DNA of 64,000 nt from Asterias rubens (lineage: Eukaryota). How positions within the stretch are numbered: position 1 is the first letter of the stretch; every line of letters begins with the position of its first letter. A program made the translations under genes and the position numbers. Below are positions 12,901 through 25,347 of the stretch, piece by piece. The DNA lies in NCBI RefSeq assembly GCF_902459465.1, contig NC_047079.1:5456001-5520000 (forward strand). Direction: 5' to 3'. The notes beneath the pieces were generated by a model. It did no database searches. It saw nothing but the letters and a program-made list of their open reading frames with translations, and had not been told where the DNA came from.

Positions 12901-15900
12901 AGTATAGCTAAATCAATCACAAGAACAATCTCTGCCATCACAGGTACCAATTTACCCCTGGGTGGAGAGAAGCAATTATAGTTAAGTGTCTTGCTCAGGG
13001 AAACAAGTGTCACAACCAGGACTCGAATCCTCACTCTGCTCAACAAATCTCAGCAATCTAATGATCAGACATTTGCTGTTGGGGGTTTGAGGTTAACAAC
13101 AGATATATTGCTCTCGGTGTACGCTATTAGCGGATACGATTGGCCGTCGACTTCACCCTTGGGCCATTCCTACCCTCGAATGGCGCGCACCTATGGCATT
13201 ATCCTATACTTCTTACCTGTACGTAGCCGATATTGTCTTCGCTGCTCAACAATCCACCAAGTATGACAGGATATGTGGGATTAAAATTGTTGACAAACTC
13301 ACACGGTACGCCGGCCACCTACAACATGAATAAGACATAAAAGGTTGGGTCATAGATTGTTAAAAACTCTAACAAAATTAATGACCATAACAGGGATGTC
13401 ATAGGCTGTTGAGAAAGAAAATGAAGTCTGAGCGCAAAGCGCGAAAGCATGCGAGCTCGAAAACTTTCGAGCATGAAGCCCAATATTAACATTTATCTTT
13501 GGTTTTAAAACCACTACTCTGCAATCTGGGGCGTTATTATATCGTTATATCTCCATTTCTTTAAAGAGTTGATCTTAATTTATAATTTTTTTTCTGGGGG
13601 GTGGGGGGGGGGAACAAAAACGGAATTCCGTTTTAAAACTGAGGAATCACATCCCTGCCATAACAAAGCACTCAGGAAAGGAAGATCAACAAGCAGGAAC
13701 AAAATAACAGCTACTACTTCTTCCACCACCCAGAAAAGAAATAAAAAATCAATTTCGATGAAGGTCCAAAAATTCTCATCCCTGATTTATACTCACCTCT
13801 ACTCTGACGTACAGTCCAGGCCGGAAGCCTTCATACTGTGTTCTCAACTCATCATCTAGATCTTCAAATTCAGCACGATTCAGCTGCCAAGAAAAAAGAT
13901 AATTAAATTAGGCTTTTGTATAATTCTGGGTTGAAAAAAAAAAACACCAATTGACTAGATTTAGTATAAAATTGAGTAAAATGTTTTAACATTTTTGAGA
14001 GCATAGTGAAAATAAATTAGCTGATATCTACTTTGCTGTGTGATTTTATTCTTTGAGAACTTGTCTTGCTTGATCTTAGACCTGTGCTTTCTCCTGAAGC
14101 CAAGTAGAGTAAACTGTTCGAAACATTGAGACCAGACCTGCTCTTTTCACTTCTTCAACAGAGAATTAATACGTGGTTGTACCCACAAGTTTACTATTTA
14201 TTTATAGTTAAAGGTACATTACAGAATTGGTAGGAAAATATCGTGACGATCAAAGATTATTACACGGTCTAATGTTGATGATAGTAGAAAATATCCCTTA
14301 AAATATTTCTGCCTGAAATGTCATATTTGATGAAAAATAACTCAAACTAATTTTCCCGTTTCGAGTTTATCGCTCAGTGAGCGTTTCATTAGGTTTTGTT
14401 TGAATCGATGTCATACAAACTGTGAACCCAGGTGGCCGTCGATCTCAAACTTCTACAGGTTTGTCATTTTATGTACGTATATGGTGGATTACATAAAGTG
14501 CTTACACTGCCAACAAATGTTTTGTTAGCAAAGACCAATTCTATGATAATCATTTAATCCTTATTATTCACACCGCGCAAAGCTTCAAACATCACTTCTA
14601 ACCTGTGCTTGTTCAGCCATCTGCGTCTTCATATCGTCGAAGTAATCACCGTCTCCTTTCCCGTCGTAATCCAAGTCGAACGCTTGCTTCAGTTTCCTCT
14701 TCTGCTCGAGACGTTTCTGTTTGTCCGTCTTCTCCCGCTCCTCCTTGGGTTGGGACTGATCTTCATCTTGGTCGTTTTCTTCGTCATCGTTGTCTTTGTC
14801 ATCGTTGCTATCTTCTGAGTCATCTTCTGTTTTGGGTTTGTTGCCATGGTGAACTTCCCCCGTCTCAAGGTCTTCAAAGTCGCCGTACAGATCATCTAAT
14901 GCAATAAAATCAAATTCCCATGAACCAAAAACTCTGACTTGTACTCCCCGGTTGCACTCTGACTCCTATCAGTTTTTATCAGAATAGTAATTATAAATCC
15001 AGAAAGGTGAATTGAGATCCGGCATTTTAATCACGGCCACAGATCAAGGTCTTGTGTCGCAGTTACACAAGGGTCCAATTCCATAGAGCTGCTTAGCACA
15101 AAAATTTGCTTAGCATGAAATTTCTTCGCTGATAAAAACAGGACCACCAACCAAATTTCCATTTGTTGCATTTTGCTTGTTACTTGTATTCAGCTGTTGT
15201 TTGCTTATCCTTAAAATCACATGGAAATTTGGTTGGTAGTTCTGTTTTTATCAAGGAAGAAATTTCATGCTAAGCAAACTTTTGTGCTTAGCAGCTCTAT
15301 GAAATTGGGCCCTGTGCTTGATCACAGCAGTCACACAAAAACAGAAGCAAAAACCCGTCATTTGATCCTAACAAACCGGAAATGACCACATTGGATTGCC
15401 GTGTCTGAACCACCTTGCTACTGGAATCGTGTTTGCTGGATCTGATCCATCATTGCAGGGTTCAACCCTCCTCAAATGGTGGTTTAAAATTGCAGGATCT
15501 TGAACCTGATATGATCCCGCTTTTTTGTTCTAAAATAGAAAGACTCTTCGTCTCTTACCATCCTGATCCAGTAACATCTTAGCGTCGTCTTTGCGCTCCC
15601 AATTGCCGGTCACAAAGCAGTCACTAATCAATTGTTTGACCTGATAATAATACCAAACAGGGATAGAAATATTAATTGATTCATCCAATATGCAAATGCC
15701 TGAAACCTTTATTAGATTCAACAAATCTTTTGGTGGAAAGTTGACTCTTTCTCTAAAACTAGATTCCTTCAAAGGGGGTGTCGCTTCCAGTGCTCTTTAC
15801 CAAGTAAGCCTTTATGGAAATTAATTTTGGGTGTAAATTACCAAAGGTGTGCACCCCCTATATATTTGGTTTGCGGAACACCATGTGTGTATCTACTTGC

Positions 15901-18900
15901 TGGGTAGATAATGTTCTATTTAGAACTGGCTTGCTTCATATTCTCCTACCGCAGAGTAGATTTTCAGAACTTTGGAAAACTTCTCAGTTCCGAAAAGAAC
16001 TATCCTGCTTTTGAACTACTACCTGGGCGAAAGGTAAAAAATCAGCCAGACTTTTGCTTTAGTGGATCGAAGAGACTTCTTGTTATTAACTCCACTATCG
16101 CAGAGTGAGTTCTTAATTGGTCTCAACATTTCGACTAGATCCCTCTAGTTATCATCAGGGGACAGTACACTCTGTTTAAGAAAATTTGTAAATTTAAAAA
16201 AAAAGTTTAAGAAAAGAAGACGTATTCCTCAAGATTCAAACCTCGTCTAAGGTCCAGTCTCGGACTTGCTCCACTGGGAAGCTGGTACAATCTCGGCTGT
16301 TCATCTCTCGTCTCCTCGTGCTCTTTGATTCCTTCTCAGGTTTGGTGATCTTAAAGAGACCTCCTACGTCTTCATTTTCATCTTCTTCCTCCTCAGCGTC
16401 ATATTGGCTTGCTCCTTAAGGAAGAAAAAAAAAGGGGACAAAATTAAGTGGAGTTAATTCTGTCTGTATTGAGCTGCTTCTGTATTGAGCTGTATTGAGC
16501 TGCATTTTTATAGAGCTGCTTAGTGGCCGATTTTGTGCTTACTGTGCAATTTCCATTTCATAGTGCTGCTAACCATAACCCATAACCCATTACCCATTAC
16601 CCATTACCCATCACCCATTACCCAGTACCCAGTACCCATTACCCAGTGCTAGTTTCAGTAGTTGAGAGAATCACATTAAACAGAGACGAGGTTATAAAAG
16701 GTTGTTAAATGGTTAAAGGTTGGCAAACCTACCACTGCCGTAGACGAGTTTCCGGAGGTTGGGTGTGCTGTTCTGCTGCTTCAGAAAGGATAGGGACGCT
16801 TTCTGTAACAGGTTGTCCTTCCACTTTAAGTGACCTACACAAAGTCAATAAAAATATACATGATATTCAGCCCATGGTGAAAATTACAACAATTTTTTAT
16901 TAAGTATAAGGGATGACTTCTGTATAAGTTGGAAAATATTTATTATATTAAGTACAAGTGCTAACCTCCGTACACGCACATGGTACATGAAGAGAATTTG
17001 ACAGCCCTTTTTAAAGACCATTTAGTAACATTTATACAGCCAAAAGGATTCTGAAATCATGTTAAAATAGGAAGATAATTTGCCTTATAAAAATCAAGTC
17101 ACATTACTCAAGAAAGTGAAAATTGTGAAAAATTTAAACTGTCCATGCTTAAGCAGCTCTGCTTAGCAGAAAAATTATTAAGCCTTTAAAAGCAGCTCTA
17201 CAACATTGGATCCACAAAAGGTACATAAATTTACCTGAACCAAAGGTTGAGTCGTCACCAAAGTTTTCACCATCTTCATCATCATCTAAATCTGCCTCCT
17301 CCTCTTCATCTTCATCTTCATCTTCATCTTCTTCGTCTCCTGCATCACTATCATCTTCCTCCTCTTCTTGCTCACTGAACTCCCCTCCAAAATCGTCTTC
17401 CTTCAGCTTCGGCTGATCGAATGTCTCAGCATCTTGATCTCCGAGAAGATTCTCATTCCGTTTCTTTTTAGTCCTCTCTCCCTTCTTGCTGGATTCAATA
17501 CCATTTTTAACATTGCTCACGCCGCTAGTTCTAAAAGTTACTTCGAGGTCCGAGTCTAAATCTTTGTCGTTGTCTGTTTCACCTTCATCGTCTTGAATGG
17601 CATCGCTGTCTCCATCCTCCATGGATACATCACTATCCTCATCCTCGTCCTCTTCACTTTCCTCCTCACTCATGCTTCGTATCTTCTGCTTGCTTGTCAT
17701 CTTCTTTTGTGATGAGATGCTCTTGTCTGTTTTGCTGCTGGATGACGATTTCTTCCTCGGGGATGATTGAGCAAATTCTAACTCGTCGTCGCTGTCGGCG
17801 AAGGCAACAACATCCAAGTCCTACAAGGACGGATTGCAAAAAATAACACTACACCGTAACAAAACGTTGACATTATTTCTGACTTAACCCCCCTACTGTC
17901 TGATCATTCGATATTTGGTTTGATTGGCAGCATATTGCACCACAGTGCCTTGTGAACCATTACATGGTGCTATGTAAAAGGAATAGGTCTCATAATTCAA
18001 ACGTAGTCACAAATACCTTTTTTTTATGTGGTAAGTCAACATTAAAAATTAATAAACATCCTTTGTAAGACAAACTTAATATTCAATTTGGTTTTTACCC
18101 ATACACACAGCACTGTATACTTAGTACTTTCCCAAATCCTGTGTAGGGTAAGTACTGAGTATACAGTGCTAACACACATTGATGTATAAGGGTAAAAAAA
18201 ACAAAATGAATATTCGTTATCCCCGATGCAAATTTAACATCTATTAAGACATACTTGTTTGATTTTTTTCCTGAGCGGTGCCTCATCAGACATCTTAGAC
18301 TTAATCGGCAGTCGGACTTCTTCTTCTTCTTCTTCTTCATCATCTTCTTCTTCATCTTCTTCCTCCGAATCATCCTCGTCCTGTGAAGAAAATTAGTTTG
18401 ATTTTGGGGTTGAACAAAAACAAATTCACTAGAGCGGGATTTGAAAAATTCCAGCACTCTACCAACTCAGCTAGCCAGCCCTATGGTGGCAGTCTTCCCT
18501 ATTTTGTCAATTTCTTTGTTCAGAGGTGCCAAGAATCACACCCAAGTTTATGATACTTGCTGGGAAGCGGCAGCCAGGGGTTCACTTCAAGGGGATGGAA
18601 CATTTTATTTAAAATATCAAATAATAAACCACAAGGGAGATTGACTGGGTAAATTTTTAATGATTTTGGGGTCAAACAAAGACAAAATTAGTTTGAGTAC
18701 ATGGCCAAACATCACCGAACAACTGGACTCTGGTTTCTGCACTGGCCTGGGCCACGAAGTAGGCTCTGCTTACTGCTACCAAATAATCAGTTCTTACGGA
18801 AGCAGGGAATCTGCCATTCCGTCAGATATTTAGAGGTTACAGGTTTTTGCTTGTGTGCGTACATACTCCAAGCGTATAGGCACACTACCCTTACACAGCT

Positions 18901-21900
18901 AATGTAGAAATTTGGCGCTGCACATAAGCGGTGAAATGTGATTGTAAGTACAGAATCACCAAGTATTTTTTTATATGCTAACAATTATTTCCAGTTATTA
19001 CTAATAGTGTCCAGTGCCTTCAAACAACCACTTTTGACAACTTTTCAAAATGCAAAAGTTACCTCTTCGTCGCTTTCTTCTTCTTCATCCTCCTCCCCAA
19101 AAACAGCCCGCCTCCTGACGCGGCCATCCGCATCTTCCACAGCTTCCTCCGTCAGCATGGACCCAAGTCGGACGCTATTACTGGACACCTCCTCGGACGT
19201 CATGGGTATGGAATCATGGAAGAGAGAGAGCTTACTGGCGGCCATCTTGGTATCCAAGGTATGCTGGGTGGTAATGAGACTAGAGACGAGCTCATTGGCT
19301 GGCTGTTCCTCTTCCTGGTGATATCAATATTCAACAGGACAACTAAAATTATTATGCAATTACACGCAACTGTGTAAAGCCATAGGGGAAAAAGGAGCAT
19401 ATGCCGAGTATTTTTTGTGTATTTATTTTCTTTGCAAGTCGCCAGACACACAAGGCCTGAAGGCCATTTCAAGGTGTGTGCTACACTTAATTTTTTCCAG
19501 AGGCCGTTGCTACCTACTCCTAGGGCTGAAACAGGGTAACCCCCTTTACAGGGTTACCCCCTTTACCGAATGTCATCGTTAACTTGATAAAATGAATTAT
19601 ACCTGTGTGGTTTCGCTGTGGGGTTGATTGGTTCCCAGATCAATGTACACGACGTCTTTATCGTAGATGATTCCGCCGACTCCAGACAACGGTGCGTAAA
19701 TCAGACGTTCCTTCTCGTTTAGCGCCCTCTTCTTCTCCTTGTTGGGGAGGGGGCAAGGGTCAGGGAGGAAGGAGATGTCTTTGGTTGGAAAGTCACCACA
19801 GCCTGGAAAGTAGCGGAACAAAAAATTTAATTTGAATATAGACGACTACTGAAATTGGTCTACTATTCTAATAGAGTATGTCAGCTACAGACCCTCCAAA
19901 AAAATAAAACATACTCCACTCTATGGCTCAAAAACAACATCCAAATGTGTGGACTTGTCCGGTCCAGGCCAGGGTTTCTGAAATTTGTCCAGTACCACCT
20001 ACATCAGGCCTGTAATCACACACAGCCCACAGAGGAGACCACGGCCTCCGTTGCCCCTGGTCTTGGCCTTGGTGCCCCTTCAAAAGTCTCCCAAATTGAC
20101 TTTAAGATTTTCCACAAAAGTGCCCTTACAAAGATGAAATTCCAGGCCTGCTAAAATCATTAATTTTCTTGAAAACAGACTTTGTGCACACGCAGGAATA
20201 TTTCAATACTTTAATGCTTAAAGACACTGGACACTATTGGTAATTGTCAAAGACCAGTTTTCTTCTCGGTGTATCTCAACATATGCACAAAATAACAAAC
20301 CTGTGAAAATTTGAGCTCAATCGGTCATCAAAGTTGCGACATAATTATGAAAGAAGAAACACCCTTTTTTAGACCCTTGCCTCGTAAGTTCCATTCCGGT
20401 TTGTAAACAGCCTCTCCAACTATTTTTGTAACTCACCAGGGATATGAATGTTACAGCCTCTCTTCATGGGAGTCCCTCGCATGTAACCATACAGACTCAC
20501 AGTACGGTCACATTTTGAATTCTGTCGACATAGCTCTGGGTCCGTCAGATCTTCCATTCTAGACAAAATGAGTAAAGAAAAACAAGCAACGTTTAAAACA
20601 AATCATTCAGACAACCTTCTTGTTTAATTCCCCTTGCCCACACTGTTAACACAAAAGGGAAAATAAAAATGTCAAACTATTACACATATATACATTGTAC
20701 ATAAAACTTGTAGGGGAGATGGCCTTACATAGTGATCTGTCCCCATCATATGATTGGGGGGGCTGTTCACTTCTGATGACATTGCTTTTAATTACATTGT
20801 CTATGACTTTGTGAAATTTTTACGATGTCGTTGTACTGAAGTGTATTGGAACAAAGACTTCTTCAACACATGTAAACATAGTTATCCTGCCACCGCCGCT
20901 AATTTGGAAATGGCCAAAGATTACAATAAAGTTTGCTGTCTCAAACGCAGTGTGAAAGTTATTACAAAAAAAAAGACAGGGCACCAGACCTGTCTGCAAG
21001 GACGTATGGATGAGTTGTACGCCAGACTAACGGACGGAACTTCATGACGGATATGAACCGGCCCAGGTTGAGTATCTCTCTGTTCTGGTAGTCGCCGTAA
21101 ACCATACCGGAAAGGTAGAACAGTTTGGCTCCCTAAAAAAAAAACAGTGACACTTATTGATGAAGTTTAATTGTGCAGAGGCAAAATGCTGTGGCGTGTC
21201 GTGGCAGAGCATGGTCAAGCGTACTTGACTCAAGCTCTGGTGTTTCTGACCAGCTGACTGTGTATTCGTATTTTATGCAACCACATGGATTGGTTTTACA
21301 CTGGTTTTCTGAGGCACTGGTTTTTCACTTTTCATTTTAATTGGTCTTCGCTTGGGACTATGCTGGGCGCCGCCAACAGCAGGAAAAAAACACTATTTCA
21401 AAAATTGAAGGATGGTGGGTGGGAGCTATTTTCTTCATTAAAAATTTCAAATAACAGTGAAGAGCACTTCACATTCATGTCAAAGTAATAACTTTACACA
21501 AAATACACAGGGACTAATAAACAAATTAGTTTGCGTAATTTTGTAAAAGATCCCAGCACACCCTTATCGCAAAGAGAAGGGGTTCGCCCCGGTGTGTCTG
21601 GCAGTGCGACTATCTTCAATTATGAAGGCTGCACTAGAAAGGTAGAAGAAGAATGGGAGACACCTTACCTGGTAAATCTCAGTCCAGAATCTGTTCTTGA
21701 GACGTTTCTTGGTCTTCTGCAGGGCCTTGTTGTTCTTCATCAGATCCAGATGGGTTAAGACACCCATGATCTTGGGGAACCCGTGCACCTGAACAATGTT
21801 CAGGAACTCGAAGGTCTCCATCTCGAAACCGAAACTGGCATCGACGAGGAGCAGAACCTGTACAAAGAAAAACCGGATTGTGTGGAGAATATAATCTGAG

Positions 21901-23292
21901 AATGTTGGCAGCAGTTTTTTTATAGAAATGTCTTGTAGGATTTGTGACGGTGCATTCTGCAAGGGTTCAATAGGCTAGAGATCAATGTCAATGACCTGAG
22001 GGCCTCAAGGTCATTACTCACCAGGTCAGCGACCTTTGCCAGGTCAATCATGCAGTTGATGTCATTGTTACACTCGATGAAGGTCAACCTCCTCTTCTTT
22101 CCTGCACCAGAACAAACAAAATTGTTTTACAATCTGGGGTCCAAAGTCATTCAGCAGTTACAATTTGTATGCCAAGTTCCTGGCTGGTTGGTTAATATTT
22201 TGAGTTGAACAAAGAAACATGGACTAGAGTAGGACTTGAACATGCGACCTTGCGATTAACGAGCTGGCGCTCTACCCAACTGAGATTTCTAGCCACTATG
22301 TTGCAATCTCCATATTTTGTCAGTATCTTTGTTCGATGGTGGCAGTCAGAATCCATACAACCTTTAGCTGCCATTTATAACCAGGGATCACACCCAAGTT
22401 TACGGTACAACATGGGAAGTGGCAGCAGAGGGATCACCTTTACTGGTTGCAACTTTTTAACTAAGTATCAAGTAATAAGCCATAATATTTAATTTCGAGT
22501 TGAACAAAAAAAGAATTGACTTAAGTGGGACTTGGACTTTGGTTAACATTCTAAACCTACTCTTGCCCATTTCAGTGGGTTAAGATTTAACAACTGCATC
22601 TTTATTTGTACGCACCTGACACGACAGTGATCGGTCCCTGGATAGTTGTGAGCTTGTGTTTGGTGAAGTTCCTCACCAGGCAACGGATGAGAGTGCTTTT
22701 GCCGACCTTCGGGGGACCCACAACAGCGATGACAATGGGCGGGGGCTCAAGAGGTGTTCGATCAACCACAGGAATATGGTGCTTCTTTGTCTTTATATCT
22801 AACGTCCTGAAACGGAAACAAAAAATAAAAGATATTAAGTACTTTGTTTTAAAGGAACATTACAGAGTTGGTAAGAAGAAAAAAAATCGTCTAAGATCAC
22901 AGATTTACATAAAACTTAAGAGAAATAAACAAAACTTATTTCCCGTATGGAGTTTATCGCTCAGTGAGATTTGTATTCGTTCTTTTTTTTAGCTCAGTTG
23001 GTGAAGCGCCAGCACGTTAATCTGGAGGTCGTTGGTTCGAGTCCCACTCTAGTAAACTTTTCTTTGTTCAACCCCAAAATCAACTTAATTCAGAAGTGTC
23101 TTAAAAAACAAATTGTTGGTACCTGCGCACACTTCTTGCCCTCTTGTTGAACGAGTTGATGGCAAATGCTTTAGGGTTTCTCTCTCTAGCAGTCTGCTCT
23201 TGTTCATGCGGCGTCTTGTCTTTCTTCTTCTTTGCCTTAGGCCCAGCTTGTGTCTTACGGTGAGTTTTGTGATCTGACTGTTCCGAATCCAT
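6729..23292 (-). CDS. BMS1: Ribosome biogenesis protein BMS1 homolog (40S assembly GTPase), 23 coding exons, ~1287 aa
   Basis: Exons (- strand): 23123-23292, 22616-22806, 22022-22101, 21669-21857, 20990-21132, 20437-20558, 19603-19802, 19063-19314, 18255-18380, 17235-17820, 16242-16414, 15559-15640, 14603-14895, 13797-13883, 13217-13318, 12588-12768, 12024-12082, 11176-11298, 9902-10049, 9118-9293, 8565-8732, 8089-8187, 6729-6842. All junctions are GT-AG with consistent phases (total 3864 nt). Motifs: RNPKAF, P-loop [35 protein letters not shown], acidic linker, [35 protein letters not shown]. Confidence 0.97.
6904..7180 (-). mobile_element. tRNA-derived SINE, 3' part with (ATT)n tail
   Basis: Reverse complement of the SINE at 25927-26290. 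The (AAT)n run at 6904-6949 is its tail. Confidence 0.75.
7300..7650 (+). mobile_element. Family A MITE lacking its left terminus
   Basis: Internal sequence and right end match 5903-6288. Confidence 0.75.
7698..7909. mobile_element. MITE with GGGCCCAATTTCATGGCTCTGCT TIR (PIF/Harbinger-like)
   Basis: Right end GCAGAGCCATGAGATTTGGCCC. Related ends occur at ~50200-50221 and ~44278-44298. The superfamily is inferred from the GG(G)CC termini only. Confidence 0.65.
10091..10456. mobile_element. Kolobok-like MITE, family B, full copy
   Basis: TTAA-AGAAACACGCTGCCTTGGATAGGACGAGTTGGTC ... GACCAACTCGACCGGTCCAAGGCAACGTGTTCCT-TTAA. Further partial copies at 10510-10741 and from 31381. Confidence 0.8.
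10510..10741. mobile_element. Family B MITE, right half
   Basis: Ends GACCAACTCACCCGATCAAAGGCAACGTATCCCT-TTAA. This TTAA is shared with the adjacent family A copy. Confidence 0.75.
10738..11123 (-). mobile_element. Family A Kolobok-like MITE, full copy, reverse orientation
   Basis: TTAA-AGACACTGGACACTATTGGTAATTGTC ... GAGTAATTACCAATAGTGTCCACTGCCT-TTAA. Confidence 0.88.
11416..11664. mobile_element. MITE with GGGCCCAATTTCATAGAGCTGCT TIR (PIF/Harbinger-like)
   Basis: TIR pair at both ends. Homologous copies at 15071-15312, 49347-49590 and 53257-53469. Confidence 0.8.
12136..12517 (+). mobile_element. Family A Kolobok-like MITE, full copy
   Basis: TTAA at both ends, TIRs, and the internal hairpin GAGACCTCA-GATTTAGAATT-TGAGGTCTC. 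Confidence 0.88.
12805..13050 (-). mobile_element. tRNA-derived SINE, partial
   Basis: Reverse complement of the 25927-26290 family (GTGTCTTGCTCAGGG, TACCCCTGGGTGGAGAGAAGCAA). Confidence 0.7.
14208..14557. mobile_element. Kolobok-like MITE, family C
   Basis: TTAA-AGGTACATTACAGAATTGGT at the left and a degraded ACCAATTCTATGATAATCAT-TTAA at the right. A related left end occurs at ~22850. Confidence 0.6.
15071..15312. mobile_element. Harbinger-like MITE (GGGCCCAATTTCATAGAGCTGCT family)
   Basis: TIR pair; homologous to 11416-11664. Confidence 0.8.
16571..16647. repeat. 7-bp microsatellite (CCCATTA)-like, 10 CCC runs
   Basis: Read directly: ACCCATA/ACCCATT/ACCCATC/ACCCAGT units. Confidence 0.9.
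20219..20360 (-). mobile_element. Family A MITE, partial
   Basis: Starts TTAA-AGACACTGGACACTATTGGTAATTGTC and is truncated internally. Confidence 0.75.
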
Positions 23293-24120
23293 GGTCGGTT
23301 TATAGCACTTCTAGAAAAAAAAAAGGCAGTGATATGTTGATATGGTTGATGCATGCTATTTCTTCCTCCATGGTTGATGAGACACATTTGAGGGTACATA
23401 GAATGCATTATGTTAGCCTAGTTGGGATCACGTAAACCTCCTCCAGATACATGCAACACCCTCGAGAGGAGGGTTACTTTATTGCAACTTAGCACTGCCA
23501 TCGCACTGACGTCCTGAGGTACAAAGCTTCTCTCAATGCAAACAATTTAATTTAGACAACAGTTTTTTGCACATTTTTAAGCTGAAATTCCGTCCGGTGT
23601 CCCCACCTTAACTACACTTTTGATGAGTTTAGAAACAGCACTGATGTAAAAACCGTGTTGACGCAAAAGACCTTATCGCCAATCCACCTGGCCCTGGCTG
23701 ACTTTGCTGAATGGCCTAACAAAAGGCATTTGTAGGGGAAAAAAGGGACTTCGTTTAAGCCTTCTCCTTTCAGTCCCACAGTGCCCTTTAATTGGGCTTT
23801 TTGGCAATTCCGCAAACCACACAGGCGAGGCGGGAATCACAATAATTAGGCCTATTTTGGATAACTTTCCGTATGGCGCCACCACTTTTTCACTCATTTT
23901 TACAATAAGGGATATCTCATTGAGGTAAATTAGATAATGTATTATTTCATATCAAATAAGTTCGTGAGTTTTGATTTGACTTTTAATTAAGTTTAAAAAA
24001 TAAAGTTAAATTAAATTTTTAAACTTATGTATAAAATATTAATATAAATATAAGTAAAATCAAAACTAATTTATTAACAGTTTTTTAACGATTGATATCG
24101 GCATCTTTTCCAGTACTTAC

Positions 24121-24400
24121 CTAACTTTATATCGAAAGTTGTGTTCAAGATTCAGTTCACAAGAAAAGCACAACAACAGATTGTACGGTACTTTGCTTCT
24201 AAAATACACGTGCTCCGTAGCACACATTCGGCCTCATGGGCGCCGCCATTTTTAAATGGTGCATTCTGGTCATTTTCCAAATGTCGTTGAGGGCGCTCTT
24301 GACACTATTGTTAATTGACCTGACAAGCAAAAGATAGAAAGTGTTTGACGATCATCAACATAAATCATCAGAAATCTACCTTTTCTGAGGTAAAACATTG
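24121..24400. promoter_or_regulatory. Probable bidirectional promoter and non-coding first exon region for BMS1 (-) and PHC (+)
   Basis: Local GC/CpG-richer patch with a YY1-type motif CGCCGCCATTTT at 24241-24252. A - strand donor AG|GTAAGT at 24121/24120 pairs with an acceptor at 23311-23312, 18 nt before the BMS1 ATG. The divergent PHC ATG is at 25348. Confidence 0.55.
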
Positions 24401-24839
24401 TTTAAAAATGTGATTTCAGTGACTTATTGATTTTGTGGTTATTATTAAACAGTTGCATATAGAAATTACTTTATGATTTTGATGGAAATGTCATTTTCGT
24501 GACACAATCTGTAACCAGTTTTTCCGACCGTCGGCAAGGAAGGATCATCAGGAAGAACAAGAGATTATCAAAAATAAATTAGGCTGTTTGGTAACTGTCG
24601 ATTTGTGTCTTTAAACAAAAGGAAAAACAAATTGGGAGGGGGGGGGGTGGCATTCGTAATAAGCTCTTTAGCTTTTTCTAAGGGGAATTGGAAGCCTCAG
24701 AAAGTAGTGTCGTATAATTTTGCAGTAACTGAACAGAAGTGTTTTGTTTATGTTTTGTTCAGTTGGTTTGTTTATTTTTGCTCATCTCATGATGTTGATG
24801 GACATGTAAATTACCGCCATCGTTTATTTTACTGAGAAA

Positions 24840-24975
24840 TTAATACTTCTTGCTCAAAAACTGCATTACTTCAGAGGGAGCAGTTTCTCACAAAGCTCTC
24901 CATTGCTTGTTACCAAGTAAGTTTGTATGCTAACTATTATTTGGAGTAATTACCAATAGTGTACAATACAATGCC
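24840..24975 (-). mobile_element. Family A MITE fragment
   Basis: CTTCAGAGGGAGCAGTTTCTCACAA ... GGAGTAATTACCAATAGTGT. Confidence 0.65.
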
Positions 24976-24999
24976 TTTTTAGATTCCTCGTTATTCATC

Positions 25000-25135
25000 A
25001 CCCCTACACATTCCAAGTCCCTGTTTCTTCAGCTGCGCCACGCATCTGGAACTCTCTACCACTTAATCTTAGATCTTGTCTTTGTACCACAAAATTCAAA
25101 TCTCTTCTCAAAACGTATCTTATGTCACAGGAATA
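25000..25135 (+). mobile_element. L2/CR1-type LINE 3' remnant
   Basis: Translates as SAAPRIWNSLPLNLRSCLCTTKFKSLLKTYL, the typical C-terminal WNSLP...FK..LKT.L signature of CR1/L2-clade ORF2. Confidence 0.6.
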
Positions 25136-25347
25136 ATTTTGTTGTGACTGCTTTTATTTGTTTTGTTTTTGTTTTGTTTTTTGTTTTTTACTACGCCTTG
25201 AAACACCCAGCAGGGTGGATATGTGCGCATTACAAGTCTTATTATTATTATTATTAAAGTTAATAACAATATTTAAAAAAATCCATTCTTGTTTACAGGG
25301 TAGAACCGTGACACTTGTCCATCCTGTGACCATACAGAGCGCTTGTC

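Noticed and set aside
14605-14907. Ser-rich and Leu-rich ORFs antisense to real exons (also 17368-17559, 18938-19321, 28276-28575, 32893-33138, 42290-42559, 57769-58175)
   Set aside because: These are shadow frames of BMS1, PHC, MRPL47 and PEX5 exons with no independent evidence.
22990-23060. tRNA gene candidates (also ~4050-4265, 18410-18480, 22200-22280, 38160-38240, 46000-46030, 58250-58300)
   Set aside because: They have A/B boxes but no complete acceptor stem or cloverleaf, and they are followed by shared repeat bodies. They are better explained as SINE heads.
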